Shown here: piece after piece, positions 50,901 through 62,072 of the stretch | How positions within the stretch are numbered: position 1 is the stretch's first letter | How the letters are laid out: every line of letters starts with the position of its first letter | Assembly (NCBI GenBank): GCA_020891255.1 | Contig: BQFW01000001.1 | Location: forward strand, 2,418,001-2,482,000 | Direction: 5' to 3' | From: Entomortierella parvispora E1425 | Lineage: Eukaryota; Fungi; Mortierellomycota | DNA length: 64,000 nt | Notes under the pieces: model-generated | What the model was told of the DNA's origin: nothing | Database searches by the model: none | The model's input: the letters and a program-made list of their open reading frames with translations, nothing else | Translations under genes and position numbers: made by a program

Positions 50901-53900
50901 TGTCGACATTGTTCACTCTGCAGCCACTATCTTGGACAAGTGCAACATGATCAAGTACGACAAGCGCACAGGAAAGTTCCAGGGAACTGAGCTTGGTCGA
51001 ATTGCCTCCCATTACTACATCTCGCACAACTCAATGTCGACCTACAACCAGCATTTGAAGCCGATGATGTCGCATATTGAGCTTTTCCGTGTGTTCTCTC
51101 TCAGTGACGAATTCAAATATATCCCTGTCCGTGAGGAGGAGAAGGCCGAACTTCAAAAGTGGCTCGAGCAAGTCCCCGTCCCTATCAAGGAGAGTATCGA
51201 GGAGCCAACTGCCAAGATTAATGTCCTTCTGCAATCGTATATTTCTCAACTCAAGCTGGAGGGCTTTGCACTAGTCAGCGATATGGTTTACGTGACCCAG
51301 AGCAGTGGACGTATTCTCCGAGCCATCTTTGAGATTTGTCTTCGTCGCGGATGGGCTCAGTTGACCCGCAAGGCCTTGGACCTCTGCAAGATGGTAGAAA
51401 AGAGACAATGGCTGTCCATGACCCCTCTTCGTCAATTCAAGGCCATCAACCCCGAGCTGATCAAGAAGATTGAGCGCAAGGAGTTTGACTGGGTTCGTTA
51501 CTTTGACTTGACTTCGCAAGAGATTGGAGAGTTGGTCGGTGTTCCTAAAGCCGGAAAGTTGCTCGAGAAATTTGTTCACGAGTTTCCCAAGCTGGATCTT
51601 CAGTCGCATGTCCAGCCCCTGACTCGCTCTATTCTCAAGGTTGAGCTCACCATTACCCCCGACTTCAAGTGGGACGAGAAGGTGCACGGAACAGCAGAGG
51701 CTTTCTGGATTTTGGTCGAGGATGTTGACGGCGAGATGATTTTGCATCAGGAATCTTTTATTTTGAAGCAGCAGTACGCCGAAGAAGAGCATTTGATGAC
51801 CTTCACTGTACCTCTTTTCGACCCTCTTCCACCAAACTACTTTGTCAGCATCGTATCGGATCGTTGGCTTCACTCAGAGACTCGCTTCCCTATCTCGTTC
51901 AAGCATCTCATCTTGCCCGAGAAGTACCCACCTCATACAGAACTCTTGGATCTCCAACCTCTCCCCGTCACTGCTCTCCGCAACCGCGAGTTTGAGGAGA
52001 TCTTCTCCAAGACTGTTGTAAAGTTCAACCCCATCCAGACTCAGGTTTTCAACTCTCTCTATGCTCAGGACGATAATGTGTTTGTTGGCGCACCTACCGG
52101 CTCCGGAAAGACTATCTGTGCCGAGTTTGCGATGATGCGTCAGTGGAACAAGAAGCCTGTAAAGGGAGCACCTAAGGGTCGCATCGTTTATATCGCCCCC
52201 CATCAGGAAGTCGTGGATGCCCGTCGTCAGGAGTGGCATGCCAAGTTTGGAGATATTCAAGGAGGCAAGACCATTGTTGCCCTGACAGGAGAGGCAACTG
52301 CTGATTTGAGGTTGCTCGAACGTGGAGATGTCATCTTGGCCACCCCTGGTCAGTGGGATGTCCTCTCTCGCAAATGGAAGCAGCGCAAGAATGTCCAGAC
52401 TGTTCAGCTCTTCATCGCCGATGAGCTTCACTTGATCGGAGGAGACATTGGTCCAACCTACGAAGTCATCGTTTCACGCATGCGTTACATTGCCTCGCAG
52501 GTCGAAAGCAAGATTCGCATCGTTGCTCTCAGCACATCGTTGGCGAACGCGCGTGATCTTGGAGAGTGGATCGGAGCCTCGTCGCACTCGGTATTCAACT
52601 TCCATCCCATGGTGCGCCCATTGCCCTTGGATGTTCATATTCAAAGCTACACGATCCCTCACTTTGCATCCTGGATGATTGCCATGGCCAAGCCTACGTA
52701 TGCTGCTATTACTACCCATTCTGCCGAAAAGCCCGTCATTGTCTTTGTGCCTTCCCGCAGGCAGTGCCGCCTCACTGTAAAGGATTTGGTGACATTCTGT
52801 GTTGCTGATGATACTCCTAACCGCTTCCTCCATTGCGACCAAGACGTTTTGAATCAGCATTTGGAGCACGTTCAGGACAAGTCTTTGGTTGCGTCTTTGG
52901 AGCACGGAATCGGATTCTATCACGAGGCTCTGAGCAAGGGTGACAAGCGTGTGGTCGAGAAGTTGTTCGAGAGCGGAGCTATCCAGGTGGTGGTCGCCTC
53001 CAGAGATACATGCTGGGGCATTCCTTTGAGCGCCTACATGGTCGTTGTGATGGGAACGCAGTACTACGATGGAAAGGACCATCGCTATGCCGACTACCCA
53101 ACCACGGATATTCTTCAGATGATGGGCCGTGCCTGTCGCCCCCAGGAGGACGAGTCAAGTCGCTGTGTGCTCATGTGCCAGTCTAACCGCAAGGAGTTTT
53201 ACAAGAAGTTCTTGTTTGAGGCGTTGCCCGTGGAATCGCATCTGGACCACTTTTTGCATGATCATTTCAATGCCGAGATCGTGACAAAGACGATTGAGAA
53301 CAAGCAGGATGCTGTTGACTATCTCACCTGGACATTCCTTTACCGTCGCATGGCTCAGAACCCCAACTACTACAACTTGCAAGGAGTGACGCATCGTCAC
53401 CTTTCGGATCACTTGTCAGAGTTGGTCGAGACGACTATCAACGACTTGGTGACGTCCAAGTGCATTGCTATCGAGGACGAGATGGACGTGTCACCACTGA
53501 ACCTGGGTATGATTGCAGCCTACTACAACATCAACTTCTCGACCGTGGAGTTGTTCAGTTCCAGTTTGACGCCCACGACCAAGCTGAAGGGACTTTTGGA
53601 GATTATCTCGACCGCAGCTGAGTTCGAGACAATCCCTATCCGTCACCACGAGGACCAGGTGTTGAAGCGAATCTATGACCGTTTGCCAGTCAAGCTGAAC
53701 CACGTCAAGTTTACGAGCCCCCATCACAAGGCCAACATCTTGTTGCAAGCACACTTCTCGCGCACTCAACTTCCCCCAGATCTCGCCTCTGACCAGGCTC
53801 TGGTGGTGGGTCAGGTGATTCCATTGTTGCAGGCCTGCGTGGATGTGATTTCGTCCAACGGATGGTTGCCACCAGCCTTGGCAGCCATGGAGTTGGCGCA

Positions 53901-54513
53901 GATGTGTGTCCAAGCCGTGTGGGACCGCGACTCTGAGTTGAAGCAGATCCCATACATGACCGAGGAGCGTATCAAGCGTTGCGAGGCCAAGGGTGTTGAG
54001 GGCGTATTTGATATTCTGGAGATGTCGGACAAGGACCGCGACTCTTGCTTGCAGGTGGATGAGCGCCAGATGCGTGCTATTGCAGGATTCGTCAACCGTT
54101 ACCCCAGTGTTGAGGTTGCCTACAATGTTGAGGACGAGGACGATATCAAGGCCGGTCAACCCACTGTGGTCCATGTGCAGTTGGAGCGTGAGGGCGATGA
54201 CGAGGAGCTGACGAGTGTCCCTGCACCATTCTTCCCCACCAAGAAGGATGAAGCCTGGTGGATTGTGGTGGGTGATCCTGCTACCAAGACCCTGTTGGCC
54301 ATCAAGAGGGTGACACTGCAGCGCAAGTTGAATGTCAAGTTGGAGTTTGTGTGCCCCCGTGTGGGCCAGCAGACGTTCAAGCTGTTCACGATGTGCGACA
54401 GTTTCCGAGGTGTCGATCAAGAAATTGACATGGAGTTGAATGTTGCCGAGGGCGAGGATGACAGTGAGGAGGAAGAAGAGGATGAGGATGGTGATGTTGA
54501 GATGGCAGAGTAG
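47959..54513 (+). CDS. BRR2: U5 snRNP 200-kDa helicase Brr2/SNRNP200, intronless CDS, 2184 aa
   Basis: Two Ski2-like cassettes (APTGAGKT/DEIH and APTGSGKT/DELH), each followed by a Sec63 unit. Conserved N-terminus YALNSNLVLQ. Confidence 0.99.
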   Translation: MADKVAKDQQYQYALNSNLVLQSSRSDNPRRGNEPTGEAESLYGRIDPKDFGSRAMRDTSKVDEAKKKKTETSEKDIERRRKRNEEKTLRNAYGFSSVLAATEDLESGGYRPRTKETRHTYELILTFVQQYLGDVSHEIVRSAGDTVLQTLHNPNLKDFDKKKEIEDILGPIKSDKFSDLVALGKKITDYATGTEEMSVDQDGELKNVGDIDEQYGVAVVFDEEEEEEDIYSLHSDSEHEDDEGGLETTQDVVVGAGKSAEGEEESMEVDEDEAVRVGSTSTKVDMSKKLQPHQVDAYWLQRFIATFYQDEIVAQEKSDAAMAIISSEANTRDCENELVSLFDFDKFDLISMLTKNREVIVWCTKLGKANDQERTEIESRMKDLGLDWIIKGLGHQTGAKSDLRRRGAGQAPIAAGPMAVLPKEKGPAPATSAPRQLVDLEAMSFAQGSHLMSNKQVHIPGAFRRQKKGYEEVHVPQPKKPSEDRKRIPQADLPQWIQQAFPHGLNQIQSVVYDVAYGSDENMLLCAPTGAGKTNCAMLTVLHEIEKYRDPRTGVIDKESFKIVYIAPMKALVQEMVKNFGDRLEPFGLSVQELTGDRQMNKQQIAETNMIVTTPEKWDIITRKATDRSYTNLVRLIIIDEIHLLHDDRGPVLESIVARTLRGMEQSQELIRLVGLSATLPNYIDVATFLRVDTNRGMFHFDGSWRPCPLKQEFIGITEKKAIKRFQVMNEVTYEKVMEHVVQPEGDQVLIFVHSRKETAKTAQALRDMALEKDTITHFARPDGGAREILLAEAELSKDAALKDLLPYGFATHHAGMTRDDRQVVEELFLAGHIKVLCSTATLAWGVNLPAHTVIIKGTQVYSPEKGRWAELSPQDVLQMLGRAGRPQFDEFGEGIIITTHSELQYYLSLLNQQLPIESQFVSKLADNLNAEIVLGTIKNRDEAVQWLGYTYLYVRMLRNPILYSISHDDMEDDPYLQKKRVDIVHSAATILDKCNMIKYDKRTGKFQGTELGRIASHYYISHNSMSTYNQHLKPMMSHIELFRVFSLSDEFKYIPVREEEKAELQKWLEQVPVPIKESIEEPTAKINVLLQSYISQLKLEGFALVSDMVYVTQSSGRILRAIFEICLRRGWAQLTRKALDLCKMVEKRQWLSMTPLRQFKAINPELIKKIERKEFDWVRYFDLTSQEIGELVGVPKAGKLLEKFVHEFPKLDLQSHVQPLTRSILKVELTITPDFKWDEKVHGTAEAFWILVEDVDGEMILHQESFILKQQYAEEEHLMTFTVPLFDPLPPNYFVSIVSDRWLHSETRFPISFKHLILPEKYPPHTELLDLQPLPVTALRNREFEEIFSKTVVKFNPIQTQVFNSLYAQDDNVFVGAPTGSGKTICAEFAMMRQWNKKPVKGAPKGRIVYIAPHQEVVDARRQEWHAKFGDIQGGKTIVALTGEATADLRLLERGDVILATPGQWDVLSRKWKQRKNVQTVQLFIADELHLIGGDIGPTYEVIVSRMRYIASQVESKIRIVALSTSLANARDLGEWIGASSHSVFNFHPMVRPLPLDVHIQSYTIPHFASWMIAMAKPTYAAITTHSAEKPVIVFVPSRRQCRLTVKDLVTFCVADDTPNRFLHCDQDVLNQHLEHVQDKSLVASLEHGIGFYHEALSKGDKRVVEKLFESGAIQVVVASRDTCWGIPLSAYMVVVMGTQYYDGKDHRYADYPTTDILQMMGRACRPQEDESSRCVLMCQSNRKEFYKKFLFEALPVESHLDHFLHDHFNAEIVTKTIENKQDAVDYLTWTFLYRRMAQNPNYYNLQGVTHRHLSDHLSELVETTINDLVTSKCIAIEDEMDVSPLNLGMIAAYYNINFSTVELFSSSLTPTTKLKGLLEIISTAAEFETIPIRHHEDQVLKRIYDRLPVKLNHVKFTSPHHKANILLQAHFSRTQLPPDLASDQALVVGQVIPLLQACVDVISSNGWLPPALAAMELAQMCVQAVWDRDSELKQIPYMTEERIKRCEAKGVEGVFDILEMSDKDRDSCLQVDERQMRAIAGFVNRYPSVEVAYNVEDEDDIKAGQPTVVHVQLEREGDDEELTSVPAPFFPTKKDEAWWIVVGDPATKTLLAIKRVTLQRKLNVKLEFVCPRVGQQTFKLFTMCDSFRGVDQEIDMELNVAEGEDDSEEEEEDEDGDVEMAE

Positions 54514-54798
54514 AAGAATGAACAGAGTAATGCCGTTCTCAATCGCCTTGTAGTTTGTTTTGCTATCATTATTATTATCATAAAAAAGCAGTTTTTCACA
54601 ATCGTCACTGGACTTGACTTCAGAAGTGTTGCAGAGCCACGATGGTGGTGGAGAGATGGACCAAGGCTGATCCAGAGGAGAAAAATTGGTGGCGAACCAT
54701 CTGGCGTGATCGCTGGGTCTGTGCACTCGTGGTCTCTTTTGTTTCCATCCTGCTTTGATACTCCTGTCGGTCCTTTCTTCTTCACTTCAACTCACCCA

Positions 54799-56691
54799 AT
54801 GAATAACAGATCTACTCCATCCTTGCTCGAACTGCCTCCAGAAATCCTGAGCATGATCGTTTCCCTTCTAAGCAGACATGATCTTGCCGTCTGCGTGCGG
54901 GTCTGTAGGTCTTTCTACGACGCTCTCATGGACAGTCTCTGGCACACGGTCGAGGTGAACAACATTTCTGGCTACAATGTCAAACAGCCAGCCTTTTATC
55001 GTGGTAACTCACTCAACAACCCTGAGCCCGCCATTCGCAGCCCTGAAACCATGTCAACATGGTCGCCCTCTCTCGGCAATCTATATCGGACTCGTATCTT
55101 AAAAGTCCAGAATCCTATCTTTCTTGACCTGTTCTGGGAACAGGGAGCATCGCCGCTCCATGCGATTCCGCTCCAGGAATTCAGTATTCACCTTAAAGGT
55201 GCTAGGCACTCACTCTCACCTTGTCTGGCTGAGGGTAGTTATCCTTATCTGCTATCCGCCGCCTTTGAGAACCCTGAACTTGTGACCATGGAGAACATCC
55301 ACTATTTCCGTCACTGGATATCCCAGTCAGCATTGCAACTCCCCAAATCTGTCAACATGGAGGCCATCCTTCAGAAGGTTCAACGATCTCTCATTCCTCC
55401 ACCCCAACTCCCCCCACCCTACATGCAGGCCATCCTTCAGATCCTTGGAAGATCAAACCAGCTTTCTACCTTTTCCATCACTACAGACTCCTTATCAAAC
55501 AAAATGAAGATCCACGATCAAGCACGGCTGCTGGCAAGTCTCCCGGCAACTTTACAAAAGCTCAATACGACATCGACAAGCGCACAACTTTGGCACGTGC
55601 ACCCAAGCGATGAACAGCGAGCCAAAGCTTGGGACCTCATAGGAATGAAAAAGGGTGGTTTTGAAAACCTGACGTCGCTGTCGATCGTGCGGGCGACTGT
55701 ACTGGTTGACCTCCTACCAGCTCTGCTAAAGTATTCTCCAAAACTCAAGGAGCTCATTGTGGATGGAAAGTGCGGGCTTACTAAAAAGGGCGCTTACAAC
55801 TATGCCAATGGGAACTTTGAAATGGATTGGTTTGAATCCAGGGGCTGGAAAACTCTAGGATTTGTAAGTCTCTATGAGCCGACAGTCAAGTCGCTCCGTG
55901 TGGCGGTCATCTTGCAGGACGGCGCGACTCTTGTAAACGTTCGAATCACGGCCTGCAGGGCATTTGACAGCAATTCGATCCAGAAACTGCTATGCTCCGC
56001 GCCAAACCTCAAGCGGTTCGATTGCATCATTGGACACTGCATCCCTGGCGAACTGGAGCCCTATTCGCTTATGGCTATGGATATTGCCGAATCCAAAGAG
56101 GAGTGGGTCTGCCTTGGATTAGAGACGTTCAAGTGTTATATCGGAGGAGTCCCAAGGCCAGATATCACCTCCATGAAGAACGGTCGGCCGCTCAACGGAA
56201 TCTATAATGACGGCACTAGATTCTCGGCGTTCAAAAGTCGTAAAATTCAACGTGTAGTCTTGGCTCAGCTGGGTCGACTTACCAGACTCCGAGAGATCAC
56301 ACTTGGAAAGGACGTTGTCGACATCTCGGGTGGCCGCTATCGTTCAATTGAACGGAACATGGAAGGCATATATTACTCTGAGGGCTCTACGTATGAGTAT
56401 GAGCTGGGGTCTCAGTACCAATGTCTGACCATGTCTCTTCAAGATGGATTGGACGAATTGAGAAATCTCAAGTGCTTGAGAAGGTTGACCCTTGAGAAGA
56501 TGAGTATCAGCATCGGCGAGGCGGAACAGAGGTGGATGAAGAACAACTGGCCAGAATTTGGAAAGAAGTCTAGGGATACCTTTTGGACATCCAGGGGGTT
56601 CTCTGTTGCCATTGGCACTACCCTGCTACATGAAAAGTACAGGGATTGCGACGAAGAGCAGAAGGCGCTTGAAGAGTACGACTGGTGGTAA
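54799..56691 (+). CDS. F-box/LRR-like protein, copy 1 (intact, 630 aa, intronless)
   Basis: F-box LLELPPEILSMIVSLLSRHDLAVCVRVCRSFY. C-terminal WVCLGLETFKCYIGG and QYQCLTMSLQDGLDELRNLKCLRRL. Confidence 0.88.
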   Translation: MNNRSTPSLLELPPEILSMIVSLLSRHDLAVCVRVCRSFYDALMDSLWHTVEVNNISGYNVKQPAFYRGNSLNNPEPAIRSPETMSTWSPSLGNLYRTRILKVQNPIFLDLFWEQGASPLHAIPLQEFSIHLKGARHSLSPCLAEGSYPYLLSAAFENPELVTMENIHYFRHWISQSALQLPKSVNMEAILQKVQRSLIPPPQLPPPYMQAILQILGRSNQLSTFSITTDSLSNKMKIHDQARLLASLPATLQKLNTTSTSAQLWHVHPSDEQRAKAWDLIGMKKGGFENLTSLSIVRATVLVDLLPALLKYSPKLKELIVDGKCGLTKKGAYNYANGNFEMDWFESRGWKTLGFVSLYEPTVKSLRVAVILQDGATLVNVRITACRAFDSNSIQKLLCSAPNLKRFDCIIGHCIPGELEPYSLMAMDIAESKEEWVCLGLETFKCYIGGVPRPDITSMKNGRPLNGIYNDGTRFSAFKSRKIQRVVLAQLGRLTRLREITLGKDVVDISGGRYRSIERNMEGIYYSEGSTYEYELGSQYQCLTMSLQDGLDELRNLKCLRRLTLEKMSISIGEAEQRWMKNNWPEFGKKSRDTFWTSRGFSVAIGTTLLHEKYRDCDEEQKALEEYDWW

Positions 56692-56746
56692 ATGCTCAAT
56701 AAATCGAGGCGCGTTTCCACTACGCTCCGTCGCATCAGTGACTGCT

Positions 56747-56781
<35 letters not shown>

Positions 56782-56921
56782 CTCCGTCTCCTTTCCTCAA
56801 CTCGATTTCTTCATCTCCATTCATCTTCACACATGTCCACACATTCGCATGCCCATACACCTGCACCTACACATACCCACTCACCACACAACTACACACA
56901 TCACAACAAAAAGTAGCAGCC

Positions 56922-58590
56922 ATGAAGAATGCAGACTCTCCCACTCTGGCCACACTCCCTCCTGAGATACAGGGTATGATTACCCCCCTTCTCTCCAGGC
57001 ACGATTTCTACAGCTGCGTGCGGGTCAACACAGCCTGGTACAGCGTTTTCATAGACAGTCTTTGGCACACGGTCGATTTGAGAGATGAATCCTTTGACGA
57101 AACGTGGCCGGTCTTTGACCGTATCAAGTCACTCTACGGCCCTTACCTTGTGCCCCAAGACAAACATGTCATGGTAACAAAGTCGCCCTTTCTCCGAAAT
57201 CTTCATCGAATCCGAGTCTTGAACGTGCAGTATGCAAGCTTTATGAACCTCTTCCTCGATCAGAGTTCATCGTCGCTCGAGGCAATTCAGCTTGAGGAAC
57301 TCAGTGTCGGTCTTGAAGTTGATCCGAGACCGCCTAGAAAGGTTTTGAACCCTTCTGGGCGTAGTTATACAATTGTTCAAACAACAATGGGGCCGTCCAG
57401 TCACACAGACATTGGGGTCACCCTTCAGATCATTGGCCGATCACCTCGTCTTTCTGCGTTTTCCTTTGCTGTGAAAGCTCTGTCTTGTCCAGGAGATCAG
57501 GCCCGTTTGCTCGCAAGTCTTCCCTCCAGCTTGGAAAAACTGAACACGATCCCTTATTCAGACTCCACTGTCCATCACAAGAACGCCGATCAAGACCCGA
57601 AAATCAAAAGCATGGACCTCTTCCTGGAACTGAGGAAGGGGGTTGGTTTTGAAAATTTAAAGTCGCTGTCGATATCAGCCAAACCTATCGAACTGACACT
57701 TTTGACGGCTCTAATGGATCGTTCGCCGAAGCTGGAAGAGCTTACTTTGTGCGAATTGCAACATGGCGCCTGGAACGACTCTGTAGTGGCGTATGTTTTG
57801 TCAAGAAGGCCACCCAATGGCTGGAAGACTTTGCGGTTCTTGACTGAAGTTGACAGAGTGGTCGGACCTCTCACCGTAGCAGCCACACTGCAGAACAGTT
57901 CGACTCTGGAAAACATTCAACTGTCAAACTGTGAGGAGTTTGACAGCAACGTCATCCAGAAGCTGCTGTGTTCCGCGCCAAACCTCAAGCGATTTGATGC
58001 TATTTCGAACTTTATCCCCGCAAGCTCTGAGGATTTTTCGATAATGGCTATGGATCTTGCTGAATCTAGACAAGAGTGGGTTTGCCTCGGATTGGAGACT
58101 TTCGTGTTATATCGGAGGAGTTCCAAGGCCGGATATTGTCAAGGCAAGAGTTGGTCGGCCTCTCTATTCAAGTTACAACAGCGACAGATATTCCATGCTC
58201 CAAAGTCATGAAGTCCAACGAAGAGTTCTATCGAAGATTGGTCGCCTCACCAAACTTCGGGAGATTGCTTTTGGGAGCGAACGACAAGCCGAGGAGAACT
58301 GGCACGATGAGACTGTTCTGGGGGAGGATGCGTGGTGGGAGGAAGAGGAGGAGAATGAATTAGATGAAGAGGAGCTACGGGGCTTTTGGGACGAATTTGG
58401 GAATCAGTACCAATCGCTCACCATGTCTCTGCAGGATGGACTGGACGAACTGAAGGATCTCAAGTGCCTGCGTAAGCTGACCCTTGGGGGCATGAGCCTC
58501 AATATAGGTGAAGCGGAGCGGGTGTGGATGAAGGAGAACTGGCCAGAGTATGATCCCAGTCGGCCAAAGCGCGATGACTGGACGGAGTAG
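56922..58590 (+). pseudogene. F-box/LRR-like protein, copy 2, frameshifted
   Basis: F-box LATLPPEIQ. Relative to copy 1 (TTC AAG TGT), 2 nt are missing at about 58103 (TTC GTG T). The homologous C-terminus continues in the 58057-58590 frame. Confidence 0.8.
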
Positions 58591-58906
58591 AGATGATGAA
58601 CAAAGTCCAATGCACCGTGCGTTTGTCACACACACAGTGGTTGAGAAGGAGCGGTTTTTTTTTTTTTTTTTTTTTTTTTTTCTTCAATAAATTGTGCTCC
58701 GCCATGACCATGCTCTCTTGCCACCAACTTTCTGCACTGATCCACTCTTTGAAAGGTTCCTGGAGGATGAACAAGCACTTCAATGATTGATATTCACGAC
58801 TGGTGGTGAAAATGTCCGTTCAAAATGGTGTCACTGGACGCTCTTTCTTTCAATACAAAAGAGCCATGGTCCAAAAAAAAAAAAAAAAAAAAAATGGTGG
58901 CAACCC

Positions 58907-60747
58907 ATGCGACTGATGGGCTGTGCTCTTTTTGTCCTTTGCCTGTCTCGCTTCGCCATTTCATCTCCCTCATCCATTCAGTCTCATTCACATGCTCGGC
59001 CCTTGCTCGACCTCCCTCCTGAGATTCTCTGTAAGATAGTCCCCATTCTATCCACACTCGACCTCTACAACTGCGTGCAGGTCAGCAAAGCCTGGCATGA
59101 CGCCTTCATCGACAGTCTCTGGCACACGGTCAAGTTGAAGAGCGTTAGTGATACTGGAAAACCATTATTCGATCATGTCAAGTTACATTATGGTCCCCAT
59201 CTCGTCCTTGGTGCTAGAGAGGCCATGGCGGCCAAATCGCCCTTTCTCCGACATCTTCATCGAATCCGAGTCTTGACAGTGGACGACACGAGCTTTTTGA
59301 ACCTCTTCTGGGAACAAGACCCGTCGCAACTCCAGCCAATTCCACTTCAGGAACTCAACATCGACTTTGAGGACGATCCAACACCACCTATGTCTCGTTC
59401 TTCTGAACGTGGCAGTTTATCAACCCCAAAACTCCCCGCACCAATAGACCTTAGAGCCACACTACAACTTCTTGGGCGATCAACTCGACTTTCCACATTT
59501 TCAATTGCTTTCGGGAGCTCAGCTCGTAATCTGTTGCTAAAAAATCAGACGCGTTTGTTGGCAAGCCTACCAGCCACTGTCAAGAAGCTGAGTATAAAGT
59601 CAGCCGTAACGTAACTTACTCCAACAATGCCAGGCTCCAAGAGATGAAAATGCGAGCTCTAAGCCAACTCTTGGAGCTGAAAAAAGAAGACAGCTTTGAA
59701 AGTTTGACAACATTATCGATAAAAGGAATGTCGTTCCACCCAGTCTTGCTGATGGCCCTATTGGAGAGTTCACCAAAGCTGGATGAGTTGAGTATGGATG
59801 GGTGTGGTCCGTTTTTTGACGACTCTAATCTGGCTATGGTTTTGTCCAAGGTGCCCTCACCAGGCTGGAAAACTCTTGGGTTCAAGAACCTGCCAAAGAT
59901 TGGACCACTTACTGTGTCTGTCATTCTGGGGAACAGTGCGACCCTGGAAAACCTTCGACTGACGAACTGCGAGGCATTCGACAGTAAATCGATCCAGAAA
60001 CTTCTCTGCTCAGCCCCAAATCTCAATAGATTGGATTGTATCAGTGCTTCCGCCCGCTACGATTTAGAGCTTTATTCGCTCATGAGCAAAGATATTGTCG
60101 AATCCGGAGAAGATTGGGTCTGCCTTGGACTTGAAGCCTTCAAATGCTCTATCGGTGGAGTCCCGAGGCCAGATATCACATACAGGGGAAATGGCAGCTT
60201 ACTTACAAGCATCTATAACGACAAGACCAGATTTTCAACGCCGGAAAGTCGTACGGTCCGGCGTCAGGTTCTGGCGCAGCTTGGTCGGCTCACCAAGCTT
60301 CAAGAGATTACCCTAGGAATGGATGTAACTGAATACTCGGCTAGTGATCGAGTGGTCCATGACGATGGCCAAGCTGCAGGAAACGAGTATGATTCACCCA
60401 CTGGTAATGAGCGAGGCTATCAATACCAATGTTTGACTATGTCTCTTCAAGATGGACTGGACGAGTTGAGGAATCTCAAGTGCCTCCGAAGGTTGACTCT
60501 AGAGAAGATGAGTCTCGGTATTGGTGCGGCAGAACGGACATGGATGGAGGAAAATTGGCCAGAATACGAGAAGATATCTGGGAACACCACTTCGACTCTG
60601 GGAGGTCGCCAGGTTGACGTTGGTTCTAATCGGCCCTTTGAACTATTCATGATGTCTACAAGGCAGTTCAAGAGTCCTATCTTTATGACTGGTGGTATAC
60701 ATGGCCTCTCTCGCAGGAGTCCCTTTCCAAGAAGTGTAAATCAATAA
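58907..60747 (+). pseudogene. F-box/LRR-like protein, copy 3, apparent 1-nt frameshift
   Basis: F-box LLDLPPEIL. The frame stops at 59614, and the homologous remainder lies in the 59644-60747 frame. One extra C at 59603-59605 would restore the frame. Start codon uncertain. Confidence 0.75.
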
Positions 60748-62032
60748 ATGAGAAGCAACATATTTTCTCGGCCTTTGCTGTTCCAATCCATATCCTCGTG
60801 GGTCTTCTAGCATGACAGAGGTCAACTTCAACACTCAAAGGTCACATCTCGAACAAATTCTACTTCTTTTCATCGCATCCACCCTTCGCAGTTGTGCTCG
60901 AGGCCTGACAACCCTGCCAGAGTTTTGCCTAATGTGATCAGATCCAAAAAAAAAAAAAAAAAAAAAAAAAAAGGACCGCCCAAATCCCACATGTAAAAGA
61001 GATATCTTCAGTGAAAAAAAAAGTTATCGTTGTCAGACGTTTATATGGATAATCGACTGTTTTATTTCTTCTGTTGGAAAAATGAGCGATCATGATCGGC
61101 GGCTAGTCAGCTGTCTTCTCTCTTGCCCAAGTTCGGTGTTGGTGGGATCTGCCTGAATTCTGCCTCATGCATTGTCTGCTTGGATGTGTGGACTGCTCTG
61201 ATTCTGTTTGTTGTGTCATTTGCCGGAGTGAGGCAGCCGATATGTATGTCCAACAGGGTTCTGCTTCCGTACATGGTTTTCTCGTTGCGATATTCCTGCT
61301 TGCGCCAAACGATCCTGCTGAGAGCGAAAGGAAGACCCACCCGCCATCCCTAACCTCCTCCGCCTCAGCCAACTGCGTGCATTGTCATGGCCACCAGATC
61401 AAGAAGACCCAGCAACCGCCCAGAGAGTCCCTGTCCAAAATGTGTTCAGAGGTGAGTAGTCCATAGTACAAAGTCAATCATCAGTCAAGAAGCAAGCATT
61501 CAGACAGTTGCTGCTCTTGCTCCACACTTTCCCAACTCAATCAAAGACAAAGACCACGTTGCACCTCCCGGCAACAGGATGGACGTAAAATCAATGCTAG
61601 AGGAATCTCACTACTTCACCACTTCTGGTCCCGGAAAAACAAAAGACAGATTCACATCTACAACTCAAAAGCCCGCATTTCGAAATCTGCAGAAAGCACC
61701 AAAAGGGATGACACGGAATTGCTGGGTTTCTAGATCACACACTTCCTATCCCAGGGGGAAGGCGCTTTCACGATCTGGGGTTAAAAAGACCACGTTTCAC
61801 TTCCCAAACTCCCAGCGGAAAGACGACGGTCCACCTGGACAGAACAAACCACCGATTTCTGTTGCCAGAGCTCAGCAGTCTGAACCACCCAGGATTTGAA
61901 AAAAGAACCCTGTTGAAGGGACTGGAGTGAACCAGCAGGAGTGTCAAGCCGCGAAAATCGCGAAACCATATCTGCGCAACGGTTCCCAGCACGGTAATCC
62001 AGCGCCAGAAAAGGGCTGACAGAATACGGAGG

Positions 62033-62072
62033 TTAGCCCACGTTCAGGTTTGAGAGTGCAAACGTGGGCTAA
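62033..62072. repeat. Perfect 12-bp inverted repeat (TTAGCCCACGTT / AACGTGGGCTAA), 16-nt spacer
   Basis: Arms at 62033-62044 and 62061-62072. Confidence 0.85.

Noticed and set aside
49159-54726. Long antisense ORFs over Brr2 (similar ones lie over AGX1, asnB and GUD1)
   Set aside because: Shadow frames produced by the codon bias of the real genes on the opposite strand.
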